Source of the DNA: Gemmatimonadota bacterium
GTDB lineage: Bacteria; Gemmatimonadota; Gemmatimonadetes; Palauibacterales; Palauibacteraceae
DNA length: 64,000 bases
Direction of reading: 5' to 3'
NCBI GenBank assembly: GCA_039588275.1
Contig: JBDHAC010000005.1
Coordinates: forward strand, 1 to 64,000
Under the pieces are notes generated by a model, which saw only the letters and a list, made by a program, of their open reading frames with translations, searched no databases and was not told the origin of the DNA. The position numbers and the translations under genes are program-made. Shown here in pieces: positions 47,032 through 55,860 of this stretch (within the stretch, counting starts at the first letter, position 1; each line of letters begins with the position of its first letter).

Positions 47032-48576
47032 ATGAGTCAAATCCCCGTCGTCGAGCATCATCGTGCGGGGCCGACCCCCGCGCAGGTAGCCAAGGCCGAG
47101 CGACTCGCTCGCAAGCTCGAAGTCGAACAGCCGGCCCTGGAGGTACCCGAGCGATTTCGCGCTTTGGTGCCGACCAGCCTCGAGGACGCCCCGACCCTTC
47201 ACCTGGACGACCTGAGCGCGATTCCGCTTCTGGATCGCAACTATGACATCAGCTTTGTCGAAGACCGGGCTCGGCTGCGCGCCGGCGATGGAGACTTCGT
47301 AGCCAGCTGCGCGGAACCGGTAGCCGAATTCGAGCCCTACTGCCGAGAACATCTGGGTCTCGGCTCCGTGACCTGGCTCCGCCCGCGCGCCCGCGGGCGA
47401 AAGCTACGGGTCGCGGACGCCTGCTGGTCTGACTCGGAAGTTCGCCGGCGTCTCCTGAAGGCGATCCGGAGCGATCGGCTGCTCTACGTACACCCGCACA
47501 TAGGGAGCTTTCTCGTTTGGGCCGTGGCGCTCCTGTTTGCCGAGGCGAGCGGAGGCCCCCTCAAGGTCATCGCGCCTCCGCCGGGTGTCACGGGCGCCGC
47601 GAATCACAAGCTCTGGTTCGCGGATGTGGTGCGAAGACTGTTTGGACGGTCGGCGATCCCGCGCACCGAGCGGGCATCCGACTTCGCGACGCTGGCGGTG
47701 GCCGCGCAGCGTCTGGCGGAGGACTCCGAGCGCATCGTGGTGAAGATCCCGGACTCCGCGGGCGGGGCCGGGAACAAGGTCGTGCGCGCGTCGAAACTTC
47801 GCGGGCTCGAGCTGGGTCAGGTGCGACGCCGCCTGAAGCGAATGATGGAGGAGCTGGGTTGGTGGAAGGGCGAGCCCATCCTCGTGTCCGCCTGGGAGAG
47901 CTACGTCCTGTCCTCACCCTCCGCTCAGCTTTGGATCCCCCCGGTCAACGACGGCGAACCGGTAGTCGAAGGCCTGTACGAGCAGCTCCTCGAGGGACCT
48001 CAGGGCCAGTTCGTCGGGAGCCGGCCCGCCCACCTCCCACCACCGCTAGCCCAGGAGATCACCGACCAGAGCTGGCTGCTGGGCAGGTTGTTCCAGTTGC
48101 TGGGGTACGTGGGTCGCTGCTCGTTCGACCTGCTGCTGATCGGGCGAAGCATGGATTCCTGTCGCATCGCGTTCGTCGAGTGCAACGGTCGCTGGGGCGG
48201 TACATCGGGCCCCATGACTCTGATGAACCGACTGTTCTCGCGCTGGAGCGCGCGGCCCTACGTCTCCAAGGCGTGCTTCGTGCCCGGGGTGACCCGCTTC
48301 GCCTACGCGGATGTCCTCGAGCACTTCAGCGACGAGCTGTTCGATGCACGGACCGACGAGGGGCGATTTATCTTCTTCAACCCGGGCGGGTTCAAGACCC
48401 CACACGGCGTCGACCTCATCGCGTTGGGCGAGGACTGGAGCCACGCCAGCGAAGTCGTCGAGCGGGAATTCATGGTGCGGCTGCAAGGCATGGTGGGGGC
48501 GTCGGGTGAGGCGCGCGCGACCCTGTCCCCCGACCGCGCACGCCCCTCGCGGACCGCAGCGGTGTCCGAACCGTAG
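47032..48576 (+). CDS. ATP-grasp amidoligase with pre-ATP-grasp domain (PGM1-like)
   Basis: ANHKLWF, VVKIPDSAGGAGN, SPSAQL, FVGS, GYVGRCSFD, VECNGRWGG (ExNxR ATP-grasp motif). Confidence 0.8.
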   Translation: MSQIPVVEHHRAGPTPAQVAKAERLARKLEVEQPALEVPERFRALVPTSLEDAPTLHLDDLSAIPLLDRNYDISFVEDRARLRAGDGDFVASCAEPVAEFEPYCREHLGLGSVTWLRPRARGRKLRVADACWSDSEVRRRLLKAIRSDRLLYVHPHIGSFLVWAVALLFAEASGGPLKVIAPPPGVTGAANHKLWFADVVRRLFGRSAIPRTERASDFATLAVAAQRLAEDSERIVVKIPDSAGGAGNKVVRASKLRGLELGQVRRRLKRMMEELGWWKGEPILVSAWESYVLSSPSAQLWIPPVNDGEPVVEGLYEQLLEGPQGQFVGSRPAHLPPPLAQEITDQSWLLGRLFQLLGYVGRCSFDLLLIGRSMDSCRIAFVECNGRWGGTSGPMTLMNRLFSRWSARPYVSKACFVPGVTRFAYADVLEHFSDELFDARTDEGRFIFFNPGGFKTPHGVDLIALGEDWSHASEVVEREFMVRLQGMVGASGEARATLSPDRARPSRTAAVSEP

Positions 48577-48593
48577 CGGCTCTCGCCGGCTCG

Positions 48594-49427
48594 TTAGATC
48601 GGCAGTAGCGTCGCGCGGATCCCGTTGTCGACCGCGAGGAGGCTCCCCTCTGGCACCTCCTCCCAGTCCTCCTGGGTGATCGGCTCCGAGGCCACCGCCA
48701 CGGCTTCGTACGCAGCGTCTGAGATCGGCTGTACGTGTGGGATTCCGCACATCTCGCAATCCCTGATGCCGTGTCTGAGAACCCAATACAGCGAGTGGCG
48801 CCAGCGGCTCGCGAGCAGAATACTCCCATCGGTCAGGATGATGTTCAGTCGCGTCGGCTTGGTCTCGCCGGCAGCCGCCGATCGCTCGCTCAGCTCCGCG
48901 ATACCCGCGCCCACCACGCTCGACAGGGTCCCCAGCTCGACAGGCTCGAGAGCGTCCACGTCGGCCTCTCGCATGCGGCTGAGGAGCCACAAGAACACCG
49001 CTTCGCTGTCGGTTTCCCCTCGGCGACCGGCGAGCAGGTCGGGGTCGGTCTCTGCATCGAGTTGCGGGCGCAGGGAGTCGATCGCGCGCAACGTGCCGTT
49101 GTGGGCAAACACCCACCGTCCATGCATGAACGGCTGCGTGTTCTCGAGGGCCAGGGGTCCGACGGTTGCCTGCCGGACGTGCGCCACGACCGTTCGGGCG
49201 TAGCTACGCGCCGCGGTCAGGCCGAAACGGAAATCCTCGAACGCCGCCCGGGCGCGTCGCTGGACTCGCGGGACGCCATCCTCGTACGAGGCGATGCCCC
49301 ATCCGTCCGGGTGAGGGAGGCCCCTGACGTCCGACGCGCTCTGACTCAAGAGCGCGTTCTGCGCATACACCAGGCTGCACTCGACCTTCGTCGGCTGGCT
49401 GGCGCGGAAACCGTACAGGCGGCACAT
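48594..49427 (-). CDS. Class II (Ntn) glutamine amidotransferase, EgtC/YafJ/Dug3-like
   Basis: N-terminal MCRL (Cys2 nucleophile), HPDGWG, AHVRQATVG, NTQPF, FAHNG, GETDSE, VASEP. Confidence 0.92.
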   Translation of the reverse strand: MCRLYGFRASQPTKVECSLVYAQNALLSQSASDVRGLPHPDGWGIASYEDGVPRVQRRARAAFEDFRFGLTAARSYARTVVAHVRQATVGPLALENTQPFMHGRWVFAHNGTLRAIDSLRPQLDAETDPDLLAGRRGETDSEAVFLWLLSRMREADVDALEPVELGTLSSVVGAGIAELSERSAAAGETKPTRLNIILTDGSILLASRWRHSLYWVLRHGIRDCEMCGIPHVQPISDAAYEAVAVASEPITQEDWEEVPEGSLLAVDNGIRATLLPI

Positions 49428-49499
49428 GTAGGGTTGTCGGTCGCTCCTTCTTGACAGGCCGACTGCGTTCTGCCGCGCCCTGCCACGCCCTGCCGGGCC

Positions 49500-49979
49500 C
49501 TAGGCGTCGCCGGAGGGCCCCGACCGCTCGCTCCAGCGGGGAGCGCGGGCGCGTATCTCCTGCCAGCGCTCCATGACGCGCTCCTCCTGTGCCGGATCCA
49601 GATCGCCGATGTGACTGAGCAGCGTCCCACAGCTGATAGCGTGATCGAGCGCGATTTCGACCTGGCCGAGAAGGCGCTCCCGCCCGACATCGTCAAGTTC
49701 GGCGATTCCTCCTGAGAGCAGGGTCTTGACCGCGGCCTGACCTTCGTCGTGCTCCTCGTACAGCCGGTTCACGAACTCGCTTCCGAGCCGGGTCGCGAGC
49801 TCCGGATAGAAGATTTCCTCTTCGAACTCCATGTGTGCCCCGACCAGACGATCCATGACCTCGGCCCGGTGGGCTGCGGTCTCCAGATCGTTCTTCTTCA
49901 GGGCTTGGTGGATCTCGTACAACCCGCGCGTCAGGTGCCGGTGCTCATCGAGAAACATCTGCGCTAGCTTAGAGCTCAT
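49500..49979 (-). CDS. Hemerythrin/HHE cation-binding domain protein
   Basis: ATG 49979; DEHRHL, AHMEFEEEIFYP, LYEEH, DH. Confidence 0.8.
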   Translation of the reverse strand: MSSKLAQMFLDEHRHLTRGLYEIHQALKKNDLETAAHRAEVMDRLVGAHMEFEEEIFYPELATRLGSEFVNRLYEEHDEGQAAVKTLLSGGIAELDDVGRERLLGQVEIALDHAISCGTLLSHIGDLDPAQEERVMERWQEIRARAPRWSERSGPSGDA

Positions 49980-50245
49980 CGTCGTTCCCACCGTGTCTCC
50001 GCGCGGCAGTCGGCCGTGGACCCCTTCCCCGAGCGGCAACCTGATCGACTCCCACGCACTGACAACCCACATGTTACCCCAAAAAAAACGAACTTGGAAC
50101 CATGCGCTCCATTCGCTAGCCTTAAGGCGGGAGTTGTGAGGCAGGGAGATCGGTGGCCCCGCGACACTCTCGAGGCGGGGGACTCGTAGTCTCATGCGGG
50201 AACGGCCCCTCGCCCCCGCCGACTCATGAGCCGCGGCGGTACCGA

Positions 50246-50305
50246 GAGAACGGGCTGTGCGCGCGACGCCGGCCGCGAGAATGGGCTATGCGGACGACGC
50301 CGGCC
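50246..50305. repeat. 31-bp-period tandem duplication upstream of the protease gene
   Basis: GAGAACGGGCTGTGCGCGCGACGCCGGCC (50246-50274) and GAGAATGGGCTATGCGGACGACGCCGGCC (50277-50305), 4 mismatches. Confidence 0.75.
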
Positions 50306-50339
50306 AGGAGACAGGACAGCCTCAAGTGCGGATGACCGG

Positions 50340-51476
50340 ATGAACGCACACCGCAATCTACGAGCTGCACTGCTCGTCGCATTGCTCGGATTCCTGTGTA
50401 TCACCTGGTTCGGCCAGCCGGGGACCCAGCTCGTGCCCCGCCTGGATACCGCCCGCACATGGACCGTCGACTTTCAGGCCCTGTCCCCGGCTCGACAGGC
50501 AGAGGCGGTGGCCGCGCTCACCCGGGTACAGGAACGACACAACCGCCGGTTCTTCGGGATTCCCGGTGTGCTCGCGACCGGAGTTGGCCTGACGGAGGGC
50601 GGGCGGCTGGCTCTCCGGGTCTACGTCAATCGCGATGCCTCTTCGCTTGTGGAGTCCCTGATCGGGGCGCGGCTTGATGGCTTCCCCGTCGTCGTACGCG
50701 AGGCCGGGCCCTTCGTCGCGCTCCAGGAGCTCCCCGCCGCAGCCCCGGCCCGCGAATCGGAACGCGACCCGGACGACTCGGATGTGAATCGCATGGGTTG
50801 GTTCGAGCGTCCGGTCCCCATCGGCGTGTCGACCGGCCACTCCACCGTCACGGCAGGAACGATCGGAGCCGTGGTAACCGATGGCGCACAGCAGTACGCC
50901 CTCAGCAACCAGCACATCTACGCGGCTGAGAACCGCGTCAGGATCGGCGACAACCTGCTGCAGCCGGGTCCTGCGGACGGAGGTTCCGACCCGACCGACG
51001 CCATCGGCACGCTGGCGGCATTCGAGCGCATCAACTACTCGCTCGTCGCGAACAACCGAATCGACGCGGCGCTCGCTCTCACGACGCAGGTCGACTACCG
51101 GACCCCGCGGGATGGCTACGGAGCGCCCCGCACGGGCACGACGACCGCTCGCCCGGGCATGAAGGTCAAGAAGTACGGCCGCACCACCGGCCTGACGACG
51201 GGCCGCGTCGATGCGATCAACGTGACCGTGAGCGTCCGGTACAAGTCCGACATCGCGCGCTTCACCGGACAGATCATCATCTGCTGCTCCGCCAGCGCCG
51301 GGGGAGACTCGGGATCATTGGTCGTCCAGGACGACGTGGACAAAGACGGCGTCGAGGGTAGCGAGGATCGGAGGCCCGTCGGTCTCCTGTTCGCCGGTGA
51401 CGGACGTTTGACGATCGCCAACCCGATCGACGAGGTGCTGGGCAGGTTCGGCGTACGAGTCGTGGGGGATAACTGA
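50340..51476 (+). CDS. Secreted trypsin-like (S1, Nal1-like) serine protease with N-terminal pro-domain
   Basis: ATG 50340 with hydrophobic signal; pro-domain PGVLATGVG...RVYV...DGFPVVV; AGTIG, LSNQH (His), DAAL (Asp), KKYGRTTGLT, GGDSGS (Ser), VGLLFAG. Confidence 0.88.
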   Translation: MNAHRNLRAALLVALLGFLCITWFGQPGTQLVPRLDTARTWTVDFQALSPARQAEAVAALTRVQERHNRRFFGIPGVLATGVGLTEGGRLALRVYVNRDASSLVESLIGARLDGFPVVVREAGPFVALQELPAAAPARESERDPDDSDVNRMGWFERPVPIGVSTGHSTVTAGTIGAVVTDGAQQYALSNQHIYAAENRVRIGDNLLQPGPADGGSDPTDAIGTLAAFERINYSLVANNRIDAALALTTQVDYRTPRDGYGAPRTGTTTARPGMKVKKYGRTTGLTTGRVDAINVTVSVRYKSDIARFTGQIIICCSASAGGDSGSLVVQDDVDKDGVEGSEDRRPVGLLFAGDGRLTIANPIDEVLGRFGVRVVGDN

Positions 51477-52870
51477 CGGTCCCGGCACCTCGCCCACCCA
51501 GGAGCTCACAGGCAGGCCTCCGGCGGGAAATCCGCCTTCCACACGCCACGGCACTCGTCGTCGGGACCATCATCGGCGCCTCGATCTTCGTTCAGCCTTC
51601 GGAGATCACCGGCCAGGTTCCGTCGGTGATGGGAGTGTTTCTCGTCTGGCTCCTGAGCGGCGCTCTCACCGTATGCGGCGCGCTCGTATGTGCGGAGATG
51701 GCCTCGATCTTCTCGCGGACCGGGGGCGTCTACGTGTACCTGAGCGAAGCCTTCTCCCCCGCCGTCGGGTTCCTCTGGGGCTGGGCGATGTTCTGGGTGA
51801 TGCACTCGGGGATCATCGCGGCCATCGCGATCGTGTTCGCCCGGTACGTCGGGTTCTTCACGCCGCTCGGCGACACGGCTACGAAGTCCATCGCCATCGC
51901 GGCGATCCTGGCCCTGTCGGCGGTGAACTACGCGGGGGTCAGGCACGGGGCTCGGCTGCAGGCGCTGTTCACGCTGGGGAAGCTGCTCGCGATCGCGCTC
52001 ATCATCGTGCTCGGGTTCGCGCTCGGCGGCGGCATGGACGCGCCAGCTACGAACGCCTCGCCTTCTGCCGGGGTTGGCACTGGGGCGGACGCGGCCGGTG
52101 CGCCGCTGACCCTCGACGGCTTCATCGCCGCGGTCGTCGCCGGCCTGTTCGCCTACGGCGGGTGGCACATGGTCACGTACAGTTCCGAGGAAACGGTCAC
52201 GCCCAAGTCGACGATCCCTCGAGCGCTGCTGCTCGGAACGGCGATCGTGACGTTCGTCTACATCGGCATGAACGCGGTCTACCTCTACGTGCTCCCGCTC
52301 GAGACCGTCGCGTCATCCACTCGCGTCGCCGCCGATCTGGCGGATGCGGTCCTCGGGTTCGGCGGAGGCGCGTTCATGTCCGGACTAGTGATCTTCTCCA
52401 CCTTCGGGGCGTTGAGCGGGATCATCCTCGCCGGGCCACGCGTCTACTACGCGATGGCGGGTGATGGGCTCCTCTTTCCGGGAGTGGGCGAGGTCCACGC
52501 GCGGTTTCGAACTCCGGGGCGAGCGATCGGTCTGCAGGCCGTCTGGGCATCCGTGTTGGTTGCCACCGGGACGTACCGGGCGCTGTTCAGCCGCGTCATC
52601 TATACGGAGTGGCTGTTCTTCGGCTTGTTGGCGATCGGGCTGATCCGGCTGCGGCGTAGAGTCGATCTCGAGCGGGGGTACTCGATCTGGGGCTATCCCA
52701 TCACGCCCATCGTATTCGCCCTCTCGTCGTTCTTCATCATCTTCAATCACATCGGGGCGAACGCGCGCGATAGCGCGTACGGGCTGTCGCTCGTTCTGCT
52801 GGGACTCCCGGTGTATTTTCTCTGGGCCTCGAAGCGAGCCCGTACGCCGGAGCGGCCGAAAGAGGACTGA
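51473..52870 (+). CDS. APC family amino acid permease (probable CTG start)
   Basis: TM1 (LRREIRLPHATALVVGTIIGASIF) lies upstream of the track start. In-frame TAA at 51470 is followed by CTG 51473, overlapping the protease TGA (CTGA). Motifs GGVYVYL, FAYGGW, WGYP. Confidence 0.9.
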   Translation: MTVPAPRPPRSSQAGLRREIRLPHATALVVGTIIGASIFVQPSEITGQVPSVMGVFLVWLLSGALTVCGALVCAEMASIFSRTGGVYVYLSEAFSPAVGFLWGWAMFWVMHSGIIAAIAIVFARYVGFFTPLGDTATKSIAIAAILALSAVNYAGVRHGARLQALFTLGKLLAIALIIVLGFALGGGMDAPATNASPSAGVGTGADAAGAPLTLDGFIAAVVAGLFAYGGWHMVTYSSEETVTPKSTIPRALLLGTAIVTFVYIGMNAVYLYVLPLETVASSTRVAADLADAVLGFGGGAFMSGLVIFSTFGALSGIILAGPRVYYAMAGDGLLFPGVGEVHARFRTPGRAIGLQAVWASVLVATGTYRALFSRVIYTEWLFFGLLAIGLIRLRRRVDLERGYSIWGYPITPIVFALSSFFIIFNHIGANARDSAYGLSLVLLGLPVYFLWASKRARTPERPKED

Positions 52871-52926
52871 TCGAGGACGAGAATCCCGCCGCCGCGCCGA
52901 CTCGACCCGCCGGAGGGAACTGTCGC

Positions 52927-53919
52927 ATGCAGATCGTCGATTTCCACAACCACTACTACCCGCCGGAATACCTCGAAGCTCTTCAGAGCCGGCCCGGCAA
53001 CATGGATGTGACCTTCGACGACGAGGGGAACCCAGTTCTACACTATCCGGGTGACTACAACGTCGTCGTACCCGGGCACCGCGACATCGGGTTTCGAGAG
53101 GGCGTTCTCGAAACGCAAGGCATCGATCGGCAAGTCCTCACCTTCACGGCCCCCGGGATTCTGATCGAGTCGCCCGAGCGCGCCGTGCAGCTGGCTCCGA
53201 CCATAAACGATGCACTGGCCCACATCGTAGAGGAACGCGGGCACCGCTTCAGCGCGCTCGCCACGTTGCCTCTGAACGACCCGCAGGCGTCGGTGATCGA
53301 GCTCGAGCGAACGTTCGACGAGCTAGGCCTGCCGGGCGCGATGTTGTTCGGAAACGTGAACGGCACCGCGCTCGCCGACGACCGCTTCTGGCCGCTCTAC
53401 GAGCTGGCCAGCGAGCGAAGCGCGATCCTGTACATCCACCCGACGCAGGCCGTCGGCGTCGAGGCGATGCTCGACTACTGGCTGCTGCCCCTGATCGGGT
53501 TCACCTACGATACCACGCTGGCTGCCGCCCACCTCGTGTTTAGCGGGGTCGTCGAGCGATTCCCGGGAATTCGCTGGGTCCTGGGCCACTTGGGCGGTGC
53601 GATCCCATACCTCGCCGAACGCCTCGATCGTGGCTTTGAGGCCTTCCAGGAATGTCGCCGCGACATCGACCGTCCGCCCAGCTGGTATCTGAGACGGTTT
53701 TACTATGACACCGTGAACTTCGACCCAAACGCCCTGCGGCTGGCCATCGCCTTTGCGGGGACCAGCCAGCTACTCGCCGGGAGCGACTATCCCCACCGTA
53801 TCGGGAGCATCGAGAAGATGCTGGAGAGCATCGATGCTCTCGATCTCGACGAGGGCGATAAGGCTGGCATCCTGGGTGGAAACGCGGCGGAGCTGCTGGG
53901 CGTGTCCGCCTCAGGTTAG
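52927..53919 (+). CDS. Amidohydro_2 family decarboxylase/hydratase (ACMSD-like)
   Basis: GGAGG SD; DFHNH, YIHP, HLGGAIPY, FYYDT, GSDYPH, GGNA. Confidence 0.88.
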   Translation: MQIVDFHNHYYPPEYLEALQSRPGNMDVTFDDEGNPVLHYPGDYNVVVPGHRDIGFREGVLETQGIDRQVLTFTAPGILIESPERAVQLAPTINDALAHIVEERGHRFSALATLPLNDPQASVIELERTFDELGLPGAMLFGNVNGTALADDRFWPLYELASERSAILYIHPTQAVGVEAMLDYWLLPLIGFTYDTTLAAAHLVFSGVVERFPGIRWVLGHLGGAIPYLAERLDRGFEAFQECRRDIDRPPSWYLRRFYYDTVNFDPNALRLAIAFAGTSQLLAGSDYPHRIGSIEKMLESIDALDLDEGDKAGILGGNAAELLGVSASG

Positions 53920-53942
53920 GCCTCTTCAGGTTAGGCTTCTTC
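53911..53942. repeat. 15-bp tandem duplication carrying the stop codons of two convergent genes
   Basis: TCAGGTTAGGCCTCT (53911-53925) and TCAGGTTAGGCTTCT (53926-53940). Confidence 0.8.
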
Positions 53943-54743
53943 GAAGGCGAAGGCTCCGTAGCCCACTACCCGGTCCTTCGGTCCAGCCGTATCACCCGAG
54001 TTCCGCAAGTCCAGAGTCCGCACCCTGAGCCCTCGCTCGGCGGCAAGACCCAGCAGGCCCTGGACGGCTACTGCACCGCAAGCTTGGGTCGGGCCGATGT
54101 CCTGCGGGCGCAGCGCCTCGATCGCGCTTGCCGTGGCTCGGTCCTCCCGGCGGGCGGAATCGTAGTCCAGATAGTGACTCAGATCCGAGCTCACGACGAT
54201 CGAAGTCTCGGGCCCGCCCCACAGGAGACGTAGCGCCGTTTCGACATCAGCCGGCTCCGCGTCTCCGACCACGAGCGGGACGAGACGGAACGCCGAGAAG
54301 CTGCGCTGCAGGAAGGGGAGATGGACCTCCAGCGAGTGCTCGGGCTCGTGCGCCTCGTCGCGCTCCCGCACGCAGGGCAGGGAGAGAGCTCGTCCCACGG
54401 CCTCACGGTCCACCTCCACCAGCCCGAGCGGGGTCTCGAACGCGTCCGCGCCCGATGCGGCGAGCCCGCGGAAGGGCACCCGGTGGGCGGGGCCGACGAG
54501 GATGACCCGCTCGACGTCCTCTCCTGCCTCCTCGAGCCAGCGATACGCGGTCGCCGCGATCGGTCCCGAGTAGATGTATCCGGCGTGGGGTGCTACCACC
54601 GCTTTGTGCCACCCCGGCGCTTTTCCGGGACCGGTCGTCGCGTGCGGGACGGCTGCATCGAGGAGCGACGTCACCGTCTCACCCAGTGCATCTCGATCTG
54701 CGGGATAGAAGTAACCCGCAACGGCCGGGCGGCGAATCTTCAT
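53931..54743 (-). CDS. amrB: AmmeMemoRadiSam system protein B (Memo family)
   Basis: RRPAVAGYFYP, APHAGYIYSG, EHSLEVHLPFLQ, SSDLSHY, ACG, NSGD...VVGYGA. Confidence 0.95.
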   Translation of the reverse strand: MKIRRPAVAGYFYPADRDALGETVTSLLDAAVPHATTGPGKAPGWHKAVVAPHAGYIYSGPIAATAYRWLEEAGEDVERVILVGPAHRVPFRGLAASGADAFETPLGLVEVDREAVGRALSLPCVRERDEAHEPEHSLEVHLPFLQRSFSAFRLVPLVVGDAEPADVETALRLLWGGPETSIVVSSDLSHYLDYDSARREDRATASAIEALRPQDIGPTQACGAVAVQGLLGLAAERGLRVRTLDLRNSGDTAGPKDRVVGYGAFAFEEA

Positions 54744-54762
54744 CGTTCAATCCCTTGCATCC

Positions 54763-55860
54763 TCAGGCGGCGTAGGTCGCGAGCCGCACCGGCAAGCGCC
54801 TCGCGCCCCATCCGCCTGGCTTTGGCTCGAACAGGCCCGGGCATCTACTGCCGCAGCGGCTACACAGCCCGTCGCCCGTGAGATTCCATTCGGACAGCAC
54901 GTACCAATCGCGCCCGATGAGGCGCTCCCCGCACCCGTGGCAGTACGTGCTCTGCGTCTCGAGGTCGTGCACGTTCCCGGTGTAGACGTGCCGCAGCCCG
55001 TTCGCGAGGCCGATCCGCCGCGCTCGACGCAGCGTGTCGGGAGGTGTCCGCGGTCGGTCTCGCATCTTCCAGTCGGGGTGGAACGCGGTGAAGTGGAGCG
55101 GGACATCCGGTCCCAGGTGCTCGGCGATCCACGCGGTTTCCCCCTCGATCTCGCCGTCCGAATCGTTCTCCCCCGGGATGAGAAGCGTCGTGATCTCGAA
55201 CCACACGTCAGTCTCGTGCCGCAGGTGGCGAAGCGTGTCAAGGACGGGCTCGAGCTCGCCCCCGCACACCTTCCGGTAGAACGTGTCGCTGAACGCCTTC
55301 AGGTCCACGTTGGCGGCATCCATGTGCCGGTAGAACTCCGCGCGCGGCCCGGGAGACTGGTACCCGGCCGTGACGGCGACCGAGCGGATACCACGCTCGC
55401 GGCATGCCCGGGCTACATCGATCGCGTACTCGTGGAAGATGATTGGGTCGTTGTAGGTAAACGCCACGCTGCGACACCCGAGACGCTCGGCGGCCCGAGC
55501 GATGGTCTCGGGCGACGCCGCATCGGCCAGCGTGTCCATCTCGCGCGACTTCGAGATGTCCCAGTTCTGACAGTACCGGCAAGCGAGGAGGCATCCGGCC
55601 GTCCCGAACGAGAGCACCGGTGTGCCCGGCAGAAAGTGGTTGAGCGGCTTCTTCTCGATCGGGTCCACGCAATAGCCGCTGGAGCGGCCGTACGTGGTCA
55701 GGACGATTTGATCGCCGGCGTTGGCGCGGACGAAGCAGAACCCGCGCTGTCCGTCGCGCAGCCGGCACTCGCGGGGGCAAATGTCGCACTGGACGCGTCC
55801 GTCTTCCAGCCGGTGCCAGTGCCGCGTCGGGTGTCCCTCCAGCGCGTCGGCGACTTTCAT
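54763..55860 (-). CDS. amrS: AmmeMemoRadiSam system radical SAM enzyme
   Basis: CDICPREC...GFCFVR, DPIEKKPLNHF, CLLACRYCQNWDISK (CxxxCxxC), VYTGNV, C-terminal CxxC...CxxC. Confidence 0.95.
   Translation of the reverse strand: MKVADALEGHPTRHWHRLEDGRVQCDICPRECRLRDGQRGFCFVRANAGDQIVLTTYGRSSGYCVDPIEKKPLNHFLPGTPVLSFGTAGCLLACRYCQNWDISKSREMDTLADAASPETIARAAERLGCRSVAFTYNDPIIFHEYAIDVARACRERGIRSVAVTAGYQSPGPRAEFYRHMDAANVDLKAFSDTFYRKVCGGELEPVLDTLRHLRHETDVWFEITTLLIPGENDSDGEIEGETAWIAEHLGPDVPLHFTAFHPDWKMRDRPRTPPDTLRRARRIGLANGLRHVYTGNVHDLETQSTYCHGCGERLIGRDWYVLSEWNLTGDGLCSRCGSRCPGLFEPKPGGWGARRLPVRLATYAA

Noticed and set aside
45787..49427. Ergothioneine biosynthesis cluster (EgtC-like plus EgtE-like genes)
   Set aside because: No EgtB sulfoxide synthase or EgtD methyltransferase in the window, and both families have many other roles.
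50081..50088. A8 tract as a phase-variation switch
   Set aside because: Short, intergenic, and no variability can be shown from one sequence; more likely an AT-rich promoter element.
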